Origin: a virus
Lineage: Duplodnaviria > Caudoviricetes
DNA: 64,000 nt
IMG/VR virus record: IMGVR_UViG_3300034096_000868
Location: 128-64,127 of that record
Strand: one strand, 5' to 3'
Shown here piece after piece: positions 29,301-39,820 of this stretch. The notes beneath the pieces are model-generated. The model had not been told where the DNA came from. It saw only the letters and a list, made by a program, of their open reading frames with translations, and ran no database searches. Position 1 is the stretch's first letter. Each line of letters opens with the position of its first letter. The translations under genes and the position numbers were made by a program.

Positions 29301-30376
29301 TTGGGGAATGCAATGATAGCTTTAGAAAGTTCAAAGTAAATAATTTTGCTTATGCAGATGGTAAGCATGGTTCTATAACCGAAATCGTAGATTTGTTTGA
29401 TGCAAACTACATAATCCAGGAGGGTGCTTTATCTAAAATGAGGTTCAATGAAAGGACAATGCTACAAGCAGCGCAAAACCAATTAACGGTTGGAAGTGGC
29501 AAAGGATATGATGGACAAGAATATATCCATACCGATTACGGAAGTCAGCACCAATGGTCTGTTATAGCAAATGGTAGAAGTATCTATGGAGTTGATGCCA
29601 ATAAAGGTAAGCAATGGAGATTTGGGCAAGATGGATTTAACATAATATCTGATACCTTTGGGATGCATAATTTCTTTACAGAGCAGTCTAAGTATTATTG
29701 GAAAAAGCCTTATGTTGGAGCGGATATTTATGAGAGTTTAGTCAATGAGGGTAACTTTGATGATGCTAGAATATGGGGTGGCATCCACTCTATATTTGAC
29801 TTTAAGAATAATAGTTTGATAACTACTTTCTCAAATAGAAACGGATTAGTAAAAACTACTAATGGAGATAATGCAACCGAATATACTATTGAGTATAATG
29901 AGGAAAGTAACAAATACACTTCATTTCATTCATTTAAGCCATTTATATATTGCAACTTAAAAAGGTCGTTTTATAGCCAAAATAATCTGTCTTTATACAA
30001 GCATGATGAGGGAACTCCTTTGGTTATTTATGGAGTTGATGCTACTGCTGAATTAATATATAACACTACTCCAAATCCAAATACTCAAAAGATTTATGAC
30101 AATATTAGAATGAGTATAAATCCAGAAGGCATGAATAATTTATTTTCATGGGAAGGTATCACAGAGGAGAATGATAGCCATTTAATTTCATTAAATACAG
30201 ATAGTAGAGTTAGGTATAGAGAGGGATTTTTAACATTTCCAACAAGAGAATTGAAAAAACCTACAAGATTAAGAGGAAAATTTGCAAAAAACAAATTTAC
30301 TTTTATTAGATTTGCAAGTGATAGGGCAATTATACCTTTGAGTGAGTGTGAATTTAGAATATCAAATAAATATTAA
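26318..30376 (+). CDS. tail muzzle / stabilisation protein
   Basis: 1352 aa; NSF.GGM..D N-terminus, IYWND..N.PR, GGDCF, YGSQH.WS, RLRGK motifs of P22 gp10-like / crAss muzzle proteins. Confidence 0.75.
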   Translation: MKHINSFNGGMKRDYNENYTQANTYLESLNGRLVFNENNNTLAWTFANGTTFVFNLNANEEIVGGCESNNKLILLVTNGVTSRIVGLKEDQFGVYAIYELFNDDYDPYNDRLNFRNRCKVNSIVENDGIERIYWNDDRNDPRVFNLFALGDWGAAYNPPYPNYYSVHSMDRMIDLHWGNIRFYRNISGTLTVAKRQYFYRYIHKNGYTSPWSPISEAIFITSDEPNLTDWNEYEMEVSGTSTKKGHMIRLTDLDVRFNEVEVGCVVWETDEAPKRAYVFQKLDITASTIDVSHISDVGNGILLEEINQRYFDVSHAKTQNIKNNFLHEGNIVLREQPLIADEVLNAITITPIIREMLSDETNTKFQLPLTNQAPKTTFVTKGVFGAVTETLPIVQDYINYKGTQWEHTFKGHFRGGLYPYSIVLFDRKGQPCFAQYIGDFQFPEQYNNSWSLKRPSGTTVGTTGSIGDYTLTIYDPVTGATDPITDTIFRGSNHALKILGAKFSGIDLTDIIYDADGKIQLSGFSIIRSDRVPDIICQGLLLNCTVEVNEVNNESPFPDALGYERNIPKVQPLHSHGSVYLYKNTLPNTRPFYSQGITPANPVVTASDDDHGSNKSGGRYVAQHTFTFEAPDFLIDSNVINTQGTNKFKIVGNCQLSFNSPKFDLQPIVNTRSYASSFNGNNNQFNTKHYSTLMGGVQWVNDLDGAGSVGIGNVQPFALWGTEKNADEIKAPVFKEEFYTIGDGYYLISNWETFLNGYQNLPPTEDWQARGHQNSIYVSAKFGNLLSFYVPWINPTDMTSNRSCYFIANYRTGLDGYVLDDNIVKNRVYKNIGHFIPINPTTISQATSGGRIVFDDVEVWGGDCFVDFFDYCRLVPLYEEDPENRRDYGLGLIFPTESKFNFTMKKGSRYARVGSRSQANDISGVLGGDMNEMMQDGIFQSRVSDYYRLEEFNVNKVLQTPDENLSVNKYFVRNDCGLDRTDFPLMYIHSELKYLGECNDSFRKFKVNNFAYADGKHGSITEIVDLFDANYIIQEGALSKMRFNERTMLQAAQNQLTVGSGKGYDGQEYIHTDYGSQHQWSVIANGRSIYGVDANKGKQWRFGQDGFNIISDTFGMHNFFTEQSKYYWKKPYVGADIYESLVNEGNFDDARIWGGIHSIFDFKNNSLITTFSNRNGLVKTTNGDNATEYTIEYNEESNKYTSFHSFKPFIYCNLKRSFYSQNNLSLYKHDEGTPLVIYGVDATAELIYNTTPNPNTQKIYDNIRMSINPEGMNNLFSWEGITEENDSHLISLNTDSRVRYREGFLTFPTRELKKPTRLRGKFAKNKFTFIRFASDRAIIPLSECEFRISNKY

Positions 30377-30379
30377 ATC

Positions 30380-32320
30380 ATGTTATACAGTAGCAATACA
30401 CCTTACTCTTACACCGCACCGCCAACATACATTGATGCCTATGGTTATTCAGGAGGGTCTAGTGGATATAATAGAGCAGCTGCGAATAGTGTAGAGGGAG
30501 CAGTTAGTAGTACGGCAGGAGGCATATTAGGCAATATACCTATAATTAGCTCATTCTATAATATTGGTAGCAGTGCATACAAAGGACTAAAAAGTACCGA
30601 TAGTGTAGCTGGTGATGTGACTGCAAACTTATTTGCACCACACAATCAATATTTTGCTAATCTTGACAATAGCATAGACTTAAATAAAAGAAGGAAAAGA
30701 CTGCAGTTTGTTAAGGGAGCAGACGGGAAAATGACTTATGCAGGTAATCAATCACAAATAAGAAATTACGATAAAGCTAAACGTAAACAAGATATAAAAG
30801 GCACTCTAAGTATTTTAGATTTCATATTACCCGGCATTGGGTCTTCAATATCGGCTGGTATTGAGGGTAAACAAGATAGACAAGCCGAGCAAGAAAGAAT
30901 AGACTATAATAGAAAGTTACAAAATTACTACCAACAACAAACTGGTATGGCTATTCCTGCATATCAAACGCAAGATGCAACACCATATAATAGTGCTATT
31001 ACGCAAGGATTTATGAGTGGAGCAATGGGATTGTTTGATGCTTATGGTGGTAAGAAAGATAAAAAAGAAGAAACTGCACCACAAATGCAAGGTGGTAGTA
31101 TGCCAATGGACACTACAAAAATGGTTTATGACCCTGAAATAAAAGTAAACACACAAGGAGATAATTATAATTGGAGTTCTGGAACTTATGGTTTTACAGA
31201 TGGTGGTGTGGCGGTAGTTGGTGGTAAAGGAAACGATGATATAGCATTGGTAGATACTAATAGTGGAGAAGATACGGGAGTTCGTGTTGAAAAAGGCGAG
31301 ATGTTGGTTATTTCAAAAGATAATGTAGAAGCTATTGAGGATGCATTAGAAAAAGGAGATAAGGAATCAATTTATGATATTATTCGCAGACAATTCAAGG
31401 AAGAACCAACTGAAATGGAAGAAGGTAAGGAAGGATATAATGGTGGAGGATGGTTTGACTTAAACCAACAATTTGCACAAAGAAATTATCCTATGGATTT
31501 GGAAAACGGAAATCAAAATAGAGTTTTCAATCCCGAAATAGAATCTGCATTAGCTCAAAATTTCTTTGATGAATCAACTAGTGGGAAAGCATCCGATTTG
31601 ATATATGGAGAAGATGTAGAAGTGGAAACCGAATATCCATTACTTGCAGAAAGTGTATATACAAGCAATGTTCCTGCATCAAATGGGAAATTCTATGATA
31701 AATTAAAAGGTATTGACTTTGGAAATTTAGCAGGAAATGCCTATGATGGATATAGATTTGGACTAGGATTATCTAATTCTCAAAAAGAACTACCTAGATG
31801 GACATTACCTACTGAATATTTAGAGTATGGACAAAGATTAAGGTCAGAAGCTGATAGAGGTTTAACTCCAGAAGAATTGTCATTGCTCAATACAACTGCC
31901 GATGAAAATTCAAGATATGCAATGGCAAATGTATATAATTTGGCAGGTGGTAACGCAGGGTTAGCACTAGCAAATATTCAAAACGTAGGTGGCAACAGAA
32001 TGCAAGATGCAATTAAAATAAACGCATTGGATGCTGAAAGAGAAAGAGCAAATTTAGCTAACTATGGCTCATTTTTAGGTAAAATGAATGATTATGATAG
32101 ACAACAATTTGAAGATAGATTGTTGCAAGATGAAAGGACTAAAATGGCCGCTGCTAAATTAACACAAGATGCTTATAAAAATATGACTAATAGAGCAGAT
32201 TACAATAAGGCTTATGGAAACAATAGCTTGTATTCTCAATTAGAACAAGAGTATTTAAAACAAAGGGAGTTGGAAACACAACAAAAAGAGAATTATAAAA
32301 AATATTTATTATCATTATAA
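30380..32320 (+). CDS. virion cargo / ejection protein
   Basis: Gly/Ala/Gln-rich, VEKGE motif, first gene after the muzzle. Confidence 0.55.
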   Translation: MLYSSNTPYSYTAPPTYIDAYGYSGGSSGYNRAAANSVEGAVSSTAGGILGNIPIISSFYNIGSSAYKGLKSTDSVAGDVTANLFAPHNQYFANLDNSIDLNKRRKRLQFVKGADGKMTYAGNQSQIRNYDKAKRKQDIKGTLSILDFILPGIGSSISAGIEGKQDRQAEQERIDYNRKLQNYYQQQTGMAIPAYQTQDATPYNSAITQGFMSGAMGLFDAYGGKKDKKEETAPQMQGGSMPMDTTKMVYDPEIKVNTQGDNYNWSSGTYGFTDGGVAVVGGKGNDDIALVDTNSGEDTGVRVEKGEMLVISKDNVEAIEDALEKGDKESIYDIIRRQFKEEPTEMEEGKEGYNGGGWFDLNQQFAQRNYPMDLENGNQNRVFNPEIESALAQNFFDESTSGKASDLIYGEDVEVETEYPLLAESVYTSNVPASNGKFYDKLKGIDFGNLAGNAYDGYRFGLGLSNSQKELPRWTLPTEYLEYGQRLRSEADRGLTPEELSLLNTTADENSRYAMANVYNLAGGNAGLALANIQNVGGNRMQDAIKINALDAERERANLANYGSFLGKMNDYDRQQFEDRLLQDERTKMAAAKLTQDAYKNMTNRADYNKAYGNNSLYSQLEQEYLKQRELETQQKENYKKYLLSL

Positions 32321-32331
32321 AATAAAATACT

Positions 32332-33711
32332 ATGCCTATAACAGGAGGAGGTGGAAATGTTGTTGATTGGGGCTTGCTCACTGCCTTACAAGGGGTAGAT
32401 GATTGGCAACAGAAACGCCTTGATAGAAATGCTGAACTTAATCAAGCAAAACAATTACGTGACTTAGCCGAGCAACAAAAACAACAGCAACAAGAAGCTG
32501 GCGATAAAGTATTCAATATTTATAATGAAGTAGCTAAATTAAAAGTATTGCCTCCCGATACTGAAAAAATTAGAGTAAAAAACGAGGAATTGATAAATCC
32601 TATAATAAATGGTATCAAAAAATATGGCGGCGATGTGAATTTATATTTACAAAGTGGTGGGTACAATGATTTAGTAAAATACAATCAAGATTTACAAGGT
32701 AGCAATGAAGTTGTTTCAGCATTGCGTAGGGCAAAAGATAGTGCAGATTTACAAAATGATGTGAAAGCAGGTAAAATTATTAGACCTGTATACCAAGATG
32801 TGAATGGTTCAAAACAAAAACTTAATCCACAAGACGAACTATCGGCTTTTTTAGATGGCAAGAAAGATGATTTTCAGTATAGAGGTGGGTTTGATCCATT
32901 TAAGTTTGATTTTAGAGATGCATTTTCAAAAACTTATGCTAACAAGGAAAGAAAGTATGCAGAAGCAACAAGAGAAGATGTTGTTAATATGGGACTTACT
33001 GCTGCTAAAGAAAAAGGTATGAATAAGGATGATGCTCTTTATTATGCAGAAGTTGTTGCAGACATATATAAGGAAGGTATAGACAATGGCAATTTAACAC
33101 CTTATATATATAAGTTTGATAATCCATTGGATGACCAAGTTAAGCAAAGTATTCTTGATAAGAATAAAGCTACAACAAACTATACTAATGCTAGAACAAA
33201 TAAAATAAATAGTGGTGGTGGAGATGGTGGTGAAAATGACCCTTATTGGATAAGAAGCATAATGGGTGGTGGAGAAGTTGCAAAGTATGCAACTGGAGAA
33301 TTAATGAATGTAGATTCTGGATATGGTAAAGTTGTCAATACTGAATATATAGAAGCAAAACAAGGACTTCCTTATATAGAGGGAATTACTGGAACGCCTA
33401 AAAGAATTATAAAACTAACTTTTAATTCATCAGACAAAGGAGAAACTACTAAATCATTTGACCTTTCAGACCCAAAACAATTAGCTGAATTAAATTCACT
33501 ACACGCTTTTGGTAGAGTTTCAAAAACATATCCAGATAGAGAGCAAGAATATTTAGATGCTAGTGGGAATACTTCCGTAAAAACGTATAGAAAAGAAACT
33601 CAAACTACTAAAGAGCAGACATATACAATAAAAGGTAAAACTTATACATTGAAAGAGCTTAATGAATTAGGTTATAATGAAGAACAAGTAAAAAATTATC
33701 TAAACAAATAA
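32332..33711 (+). CDS. virion cargo / ejection protein
   Basis: 459 aa, coiled-coil N-terminus, in the cargo cluster. Confidence 0.5.
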   Translation: MPITGGGGNVVDWGLLTALQGVDDWQQKRLDRNAELNQAKQLRDLAEQQKQQQQEAGDKVFNIYNEVAKLKVLPPDTEKIRVKNEELINPIINGIKKYGGDVNLYLQSGGYNDLVKYNQDLQGSNEVVSALRRAKDSADLQNDVKAGKIIRPVYQDVNGSKQKLNPQDELSAFLDGKKDDFQYRGGFDPFKFDFRDAFSKTYANKERKYAEATREDVVNMGLTAAKEKGMNKDDALYYAEVVADIYKEGIDNGNLTPYIYKFDNPLDDQVKQSILDKNKATTNYTNARTNKINSGGGDGGENDPYWIRSIMGGGEVAKYATGELMNVDSGYGKVVNTEYIEAKQGLPYIEGITGTPKRIIKLTFNSSDKGETTKSFDLSDPKQLAELNSLHAFGRVSKTYPDREQEYLDASGNTSVKTYRKETQTTKEQTYTIKGKTYTLKELNELGYNEEQVKNYLNK

Positions 33712-36700
33712 TGGCAAATAACAAAGGACAACAAGACCCTCTAGGAATTTTAGATAATAGATCAACTCAATCAGACCCATTGGGTATTTTAGGGGATAAT
33801 TCTAACAAGCCAACTACAACCCAAACAAATACACCAAAAGTTGTTGAGCAAAAAGTTGTTGAAACTAAGCCTACAAATACTCCAATAAAAAATCCTTTTG
33901 AGCCAACTAGGTCTGTAAACCAAGTAGGACAAAATGTTACAGAGGGAATGTCTGGAGAGCCAACCCAAGCACCTTATTTTAGTAAAACTAATCAAAAGCT
34001 AAAAGAAGTAGAAGCGAAAAAAGCTAATATTGACAATATAGCAAAAGAGGAACTACTTAAAAAAGAATATATCCAATTAGGTACCGGTAACGCAAGATTG
34101 CAAGGTAAAGAATTTGTATTTAATAATGATGAATTTAATCAGTTCAAACAAGAACAAAGCAAACCTAAAAGCACAGTAGAAACAATTTTAGACCAAGCAT
34201 TTACTGGAGTAGGTAATTTGGTAGAAAATACAGTTACTGGACTAGCAGGATTTGTTGGTGCAAAAAGAGATGTGCCAATACAAGTGCAAGAGCAAGAAAC
34301 TATTATTGCTCCAATAATGAACGAAAAAAGCATGGTTGATAGCGAATACAATAAATTACAATCAACTTTAAAAGGTAATAATAAGGCACTAGAAGTTCAA
34401 AAAGCAACTGGAAAAAACATTGTAGATGTAACTCTTGATGAATTAATACCTAAAACAGAAAGTGATACTAAATTTGAATCAACTAAACTAGCTGAATTTA
34501 AAAAGAGTAGTGCCGATGCATTAAATACTATCTATGGTAGAATGAATTATGTCTATAATGAGAATGAAGATAAATTCAATGCATTAGATAATCTTGATGA
34601 AAAGATAAAAACTACACAAGATGAAACTGAAAGAAATACTTTAATAAATGAGTATAATACTATTGTAAATGAGCCAAGTATAAAAGAATACTTTGCACTA
34701 CAAAGTAAATATAAAGGATTTCAAGATGAAATTGGGAATCGATTAAAAACAGACTTTGCTTCTGCAACAAAAGATATTGAAGACAATAAATCAAATTTTT
34801 TATTTAATAAAATAGTTGAAAATACTGGTGGGAAATTAGCCGCAGGGATATTATCTGCTCCATATAGAACCATAATGGCACTCGGAGGAGATGAAGAAGA
34901 AGCTAAGAAACAATTTAGAGGCAGTTTAGATGTGTCACAAGGTATTCAAGATTACCTAGAACAAAATTCTAAATTCACTGACAAATACGATACTCCAAAC
35001 TTCTACAATCAAACTGATTACAAAGGATATAAGTTATTAGTAGATGAAAATGGTAATGCCTACTCATTGAGAGATGAAAATTTGAAAGAGGTAAATGACG
35101 AAAAAGGAATATTGTCTGAATGGAATAACCTGGAGAAAAAAACCAAAGTTGAAAATACATTCAATCCATATAGCACCTTGGCTACTACATCGCAAGTAGT
35201 TGCTGATATGGCCCCACTATTTGCAGGTGGTTATGTCACACAAGGTAGTAGAGCAGCTGCAACATTATTAGGTGGTGCAACTATTGTCGCACAAACTCAA
35301 AATGATATTTACGATAGTGTAAAAGATAGAACGGATCTAAATGAGCGTGAGAAAAACGCTTACGCTATGGCAGTTTCTACTGCATTGGCTGGACTAAATA
35401 TGGCAGTAACACCTAAATTTGAGTTAAACTTATTAGGAGCTACATCAAATGCAGAAAAAAGTGCATTGAAAAAAATAATTACTGATAATGCAGTCAAGTA
35501 TGCTAGTGGCGAGATAACTGCAATGCAAGTTGCTAAGGAATATGCTAAGTATTTTGTAAAAAATGCAAGTAAAGAAGCAGTACAAGAGGTTGCCGAGGAG
35601 TGGTTGTATGAGCCATTAGTTCAAAATACCGTAACCGATATTACCAATAAGGCAACAGGGAGTAATATTGAGATGCAGAAAATTGATGCAAATAGTATGA
35701 AAGACGTGCTTATCCCAACTGTTTTAGCAACTGGACTAATGAGTGGGCTAAGTTCTTATAGAGGTAAGAATGAACTGCAGTTAGAAGCGTTAAATGATGC
35801 AGTAAATAATGTAGATAGATTCAACTTAATAACTGACAATTTGGTTGCTAATGGTGGAATGGATGAAGTTAAGGCTACTGAAACCAAAAAGATTGTTTCT
35901 AAGATTGCAAATACTATTGAACAAGCTAATGTTACAGATGAAACTGATAAGCGAAATTTGACTAATTTATTGTTCCAAAATGAAACTATTAGAGTTAGGA
36001 TGGATGGAAACATCAGTGATGAATTAAAGTCTGTTTATAAGAAGCAAATAGCCGATAATCAAGCATTAGTTGATAAGATTATAAGTAACCAACCAATCCC
36101 TACTGAAACTTTACAAGAAGCTAAACTAGAAGTTGCACCAACTCCAACTACTACTGAAAATGCACAAGTTCAAGAACCTAATGTTGCAAGTCAAAAAGAT
36201 ATAACTATCCTAGAGAAGAAGATTGAATTAGCTAAGACTTTGGGAGAAGATACGAGTGATTTAGAAAAACAACTAAAACAAAAACAAGATGCCGTTCAAG
36301 AGCAAATCTCAAATGAAATTGTGTTACCAACTCAACAACTCGAATTGGGATTGTCAGAAGTGGAGCAAGGAAATGAAGAACCTAAAGTCGCTACCGAACA
36401 AAGTAGCCAAGCCGAAGAAGAAGTAAAGGTTGAAGAAGTAACTCAATCTGAAAGTAACCCTACATTAAGAGATGTAGAGAGTACAGCTAAGACGTTGGAG
36501 GATATAAACAAAAAAGAGCAAGAAGAATTAGCTAAAGTAAAACCTATTTTAGTTCCTAAATTACCTGAATTTCCCACTCCAAAAGATATAGAAATTGTTG
36601 AAGAAAAACAAAAATTAGCTGATGAAATAAATGCTAAACGTGAGGCAATTAAACAAGATTTTGCAGACAAAAGGAAAGCAGCAGAATCCCTACTCTCTAA

Positions 36701-39056
36701 AGAACAAGTATCCACAATGGACACTAAGGTGGACACTAAGGTTGAAAAAGTAACACCTACTGAACCTACTACTCCAAAAGTAAAACTCAATCCTAAGCAA
36801 TCATGGATGCGAAATGATAAAGTGATGAAAGTATTAAATACTTTTACAGAACCTATCAATTTAGAACATAGAATTGCAAACTACTTCATCAGTGGAGGAT
36901 TTGTCAATAAAGATAGTGTTATAAAAGAAGTTGGACTTAAAACTGCCGATATTAAAGGTATGCAAAGTGCATATAGAAATGATAAAGGTGGAACTATTGA
37001 GGAATTAGCCGAAATGTTACACGAGGAAGATATGAGCGCATCTGGTGGCGAACAATCTAATTATGGAGATATGCAAGAATATCGTGATGCAATAATTGAT
37101 TTTTTTAATACAAATACCTCATTGAAAGAAGCAGTAGCTAATTGGAGCGATAGAATTGATAAACTTACGCAACAAGAAGAACCCCCTATTATTGAAGAAG
37201 AAGATGCAAATTATTTTGAAAATTTACAAAAAGAGGTGGATATTTACGAAAATTACTTATCTTCGCTTTCTAAAGAACAAATAGATGAAATCTACAAAGA
37301 ATATGAAACTAGCGACAATACTAGCAACCAACAAGTTACAAGTGGACAAGATACTCCAACTTCCGCAGGAACAGAGAACGCAGGAACAGAACAAGACAGT
37401 GGAGGATTGGAACAATCTAAAGAGCAAACACAACCTACCTTAGAGCAAGTAAACTCCGAAATAGGAGTGCTTAATTCTTTGATTAGCAAAGCTGAAAAAG
37501 AACTTTCTAAACTCAAAGATGCACTATCCAACAACTTAAAAGAAAATCAAATTGATGCATTTGCAGGGGCAAAGGCACAATCTATGTTCAACGATAAAGG
37601 CGAACAACAAGCCATTGTTGATAGCAAAGAAAATGAACTAAAAACACTCAAAGACCAACTAGCTTCACTCAAAGAAACAAAGCAGAGATTAGAGGATAGT
37701 GTTAATCAAAATCCATTATTCCAAACAAAGAAAAAAGGTAAGTTCGAAACTATATCCAAAGAGAACTTTCAAAAATTAATAGGTAAACTCAAAAAAGCAT
37801 TCCCGAAAATTAATGTTAATTTGATTAGCAATGATAAAACTATCGAAGTGCTAAGTAAAGGTGGTGTAGATATTTTAAAAACTAAAACAGGCACTATATA
37901 TGGGTTTGTAAAAGATGGAGAAATCTACATAAATGAGGATGCTGGATTAAATGCCAATACTCCTATACACGAATTTTCTCACGTTTGGGTGCAAACTATG
38001 AAAGCGCAATTCCCTAATACGTACAAGAATATAATTGAGAAAATAAAACAAGAGAAATCTTTAATAGAGCAAAAACGAAAAGATCCAAATTATAGTAAAT
38101 TAAGCGATGATGCACTTGCTGATGAAGTCTTAGCCGAAATGGTAGGGAATAAAGGCGAAAAAGACTTTTTGGATGGATTAAAAGGGGCAAAGAAAACTTT
38201 GATACAACAAGTATTGAAGTCAGTAAGCGATGTATGGAAAAGGATAAAAGATATTTTCACAAGCCAAAGTCCAAACATTAAAAAATGGACTAATGAGCAG
38301 TTCCAAAATGCTACTATTGAAGATATAGTAAATAATGTTACGGCTGATTTGTTGGGCGGTAGAGAGGTAGGTAGAGAAGAAAAATTAGCTAAAGGAGTAA
38401 CGCTTATGACATTGCCTAATGGAGAAAAGGTAAAAGTGAAAAATGTGAACTCGGAAGTAGTAAATGGGTTCTACTCAAATACTGAAAATGCACTTGCACA
38501 AGTTAAGCAAGATAAAATGAGTGGAAACCAATGGGTTACACAATTGCTTTCAAGAGGTGCGAATAAAGAAGAAATGAAGTGGACTACACTATCCGATTTC
38601 TTAGAGCAAAATAAAGACAAATCTATTTCTAAAAAGGACATACAACAATATCTTAAAGATAATAGAATTGAAGTGGTGGAAGTTGTGAAGGGAGCAGAAG
38701 AAAAGCAAGTAAAGTATAAGCAATTATCAGATATGCCCAATGCAATATACGGTTTTGCTGAAAGGTTTATTGAAACGGGGGATAAAAAATTCTTAAAAGA
38801 AATAGAAAAAGAAGGTTACACTATTCATTATGATAATAATGGCGAAGTAGATTACTTTACAAAAGAAGGAAAAACATTTGTAACAGACCCAACCAAATTC
38901 TCTCAATACCAATTAGAAGGAGAAAAAGAAAACTATGCCGAAAAATTAGTTATATTACCAAACAAAGAAGTAAATATTTCAGAATTTGTTGATGCCAATG
39001 CGGATTATATTATTGAAACATACAAAAAAAGTGGTAAATTAGTAGTCGAATGTTAA
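33711..39056 (+). CDS. large polyvalent cargo protein, part 1, with a zincin-like metallopeptidase motif
   Basis: 1781 aa; YGFV..G.IY.N......TPIHEFSH...ADEVLA (HExxH) module; ends in VVEC. Confidence 0.7.
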   Translation: MANNKGQQDPLGILDNRSTQSDPLGILGDNSNKPTTTQTNTPKVVEQKVVETKPTNTPIKNPFEPTRSVNQVGQNVTEGMSGEPTQAPYFSKTNQKLKEVEAKKANIDNIAKEELLKKEYIQLGTGNARLQGKEFVFNNDEFNQFKQEQSKPKSTVETILDQAFTGVGNLVENTVTGLAGFVGAKRDVPIQVQEQETIIAPIMNEKSMVDSEYNKLQSTLKGNNKALEVQKATGKNIVDVTLDELIPKTESDTKFESTKLAEFKKSSADALNTIYGRMNYVYNENEDKFNALDNLDEKIKTTQDETERNTLINEYNTIVNEPSIKEYFALQSKYKGFQDEIGNRLKTDFASATKDIEDNKSNFLFNKIVENTGGKLAAGILSAPYRTIMALGGDEEEAKKQFRGSLDVSQGIQDYLEQNSKFTDKYDTPNFYNQTDYKGYKLLVDENGNAYSLRDENLKEVNDEKGILSEWNNLEKKTKVENTFNPYSTLATTSQVVADMAPLFAGGYVTQGSRAAATLLGGATIVAQTQNDIYDSVKDRTDLNEREKNAYAMAVSTALAGLNMAVTPKFELNLLGATSNAEKSALKKIITDNAVKYASGEITAMQVAKEYAKYFVKNASKEAVQEVAEEWLYEPLVQNTVTDITNKATGSNIEMQKIDANSMKDVLIPTVLATGLMSGLSSYRGKNELQLEALNDAVNNVDRFNLITDNLVANGGMDEVKATETKKIVSKIANTIEQANVTDETDKRNLTNLLFQNETIRVRMDGNISDELKSVYKKQIADNQALVDKIISNQPIPTETLQEAKLEVAPTPTTTENAQVQEPNVASQKDITILEKKIELAKTLGEDTSDLEKQLKQKQDAVQEQISNEIVLPTQQLELGLSEVEQGNEEPKVATEQSSQAEEEVKVEEVTQSESNPTLRDVESTAKTLEDINKKEQEELAKVKPILVPKLPEFPTPKDIEIVEEKQKLADEINAKREAIKQDFADKRKAAESLLSKEQVSTMDTKVDTKVEKVTPTEPTTPKVKLNPKQSWMRNDKVMKVLNTFTEPINLEHRIANYFISGGFVNKDSVIKEVGLKTADIKGMQSAYRNDKGGTIEELAEMLHEEDMSASGGEQSNYGDMQEYRDAIIDFFNTNTSLKEAVANWSDRIDKLTQQEEPPIIEEEDANYFENLQKEVDIYENYLSSLSKEQIDEIYKEYETSDNTSNQQVTSGQDTPTSAGTENAGTEQDSGGLEQSKEQTQPTLEQVNSEIGVLNSLISKAEKELSKLKDALSNNLKENQIDAFAGAKAQSMFNDKGEQQAIVDSKENELKTLKDQLASLKETKQRLEDSVNQNPLFQTKKKGKFETISKENFQKLIGKLKKAFPKINVNLISNDKTIEVLSKGGVDILKTKTGTIYGFVKDGEIYINEDAGLNANTPIHEFSHVWVQTMKAQFPNTYKNIIEKIKQEKSLIEQKRKDPNYSKLSDDALADEVLAEMVGNKGEKDFLDGLKGAKKTLIQQVLKSVSDVWKRIKDIFTSQSPNIKKWTNEQFQNATIEDIVNNVTADLLGGREVGREEKLAKGVTLMTLPNGEKVKVKNVNSEVVNGFYSNTENALAQVKQDKMSGNQWVTQLLSRGANKEEMKWTTLSDFLEQNKDKSISKKDIQQYLKDNRIEVVEVVKGAEEKQVKYKQLSDMPNAIYGFAERFIETGDKKFLKEIEKEGYTIHYDNNGEVDYFTKEGKTFVTDPTKFSQYQLEGEKENYAEKLVILPNKEVNISEFVDANADYIIETYKKSGKLVVEC

Positions 39057-39820
39057 GTAATAATTTTTATATATATCGCCACATACGACCTGATACCAAT
39101 GAAGTTTTCTATATTGGTAAAGGGAATAATATGGATAAGAGAAGAAGCGAATATCGTAGAGCTTACCAATTAAGCGGAAGAACTGAATTTTGGAGAAATA
39201 TAGTAGCTAAAAACAACGGTATTTTTAATGTAGAAATACTATGGAATTGTGAAACCGAACAAGAAGCCAATACTAAGGAGATTGAATTTATTGAACTGTA
39301 TGGCAGAAGGGATTTATGTAAAGGCACTCTTGTTAATTTAAGTAATGGCGGAGAGGGCGTAAAAGGAGTTATTTTTAGTAAGGATGTTATTACTAAAAGA
39401 AGTGGTAAAAATCATTACAATTACAAAGGTGGGTTAATGGATAAATACAAGCAAGAAAAAGAAATTAGAAAAAATAAAATATCTGTTATAAATACTGAAA
39501 CAAAAGAAATATTTAGAACTATTACTGATGCAGCAAAAAGTATTGGGATAAGGGTATCAAGCTTAGCAAGATACTTAAATGGCACAAAAACAAATAAAAC
39601 ATCACTTTGCTATTATTCAGATTATTTAGCGAATGATTATAAGGTATTGCAACCCAAAAAAGAAAACAAAGGAGTTTGGAGAAAAGTAATAGATATTGAA
39701 ACAGGAAATATTTATGATAGCATAAGAAAATCTTTATCGGCAACAACTTATAAAGAACAAACTATTAGGAAAATGTTAGACGGGAGAATGGTTAATAAAA
39801 CAAATTTAAGATACGCATAA
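39050..39820 (+). CDS. free-standing GIY-YIG-like homing endonuclease with NUMOD1-type repeats
   Basis: FYIYRH...FYIGKG...E...I......LVN...GGEG followed by two V.N.ET.EIF.TI..AA-type DNA-binding repeats. Confidence 0.8.
   Translation: MLSNNFYIYRHIRPDTNEVFYIGKGNNMDKRRSEYRRAYQLSGRTEFWRNIVAKNNGIFNVEILWNCETEQEANTKEIEFIELYGRRDLCKGTLVNLSNGGEGVKGVIFSKDVITKRSGKNHYNYKGGLMDKYKQEKEIRKNKISVINTETKEIFRTITDAAKSIGIRVSSLARYLNGTKTNKTSLCYYSDYLANDYKVLQPKKENKGVWRKVIDIETGNIYDSIRKSLSATTYKEQTIRKMLDGRMVNKTNLRYA

Noticed and set aside
39050-39820. Group I intron around the endonuclease
   Set aside because: The ORF overlaps the upstream stop and the downstream start, and I see no non-coding space or P/Q/R/S core elements.
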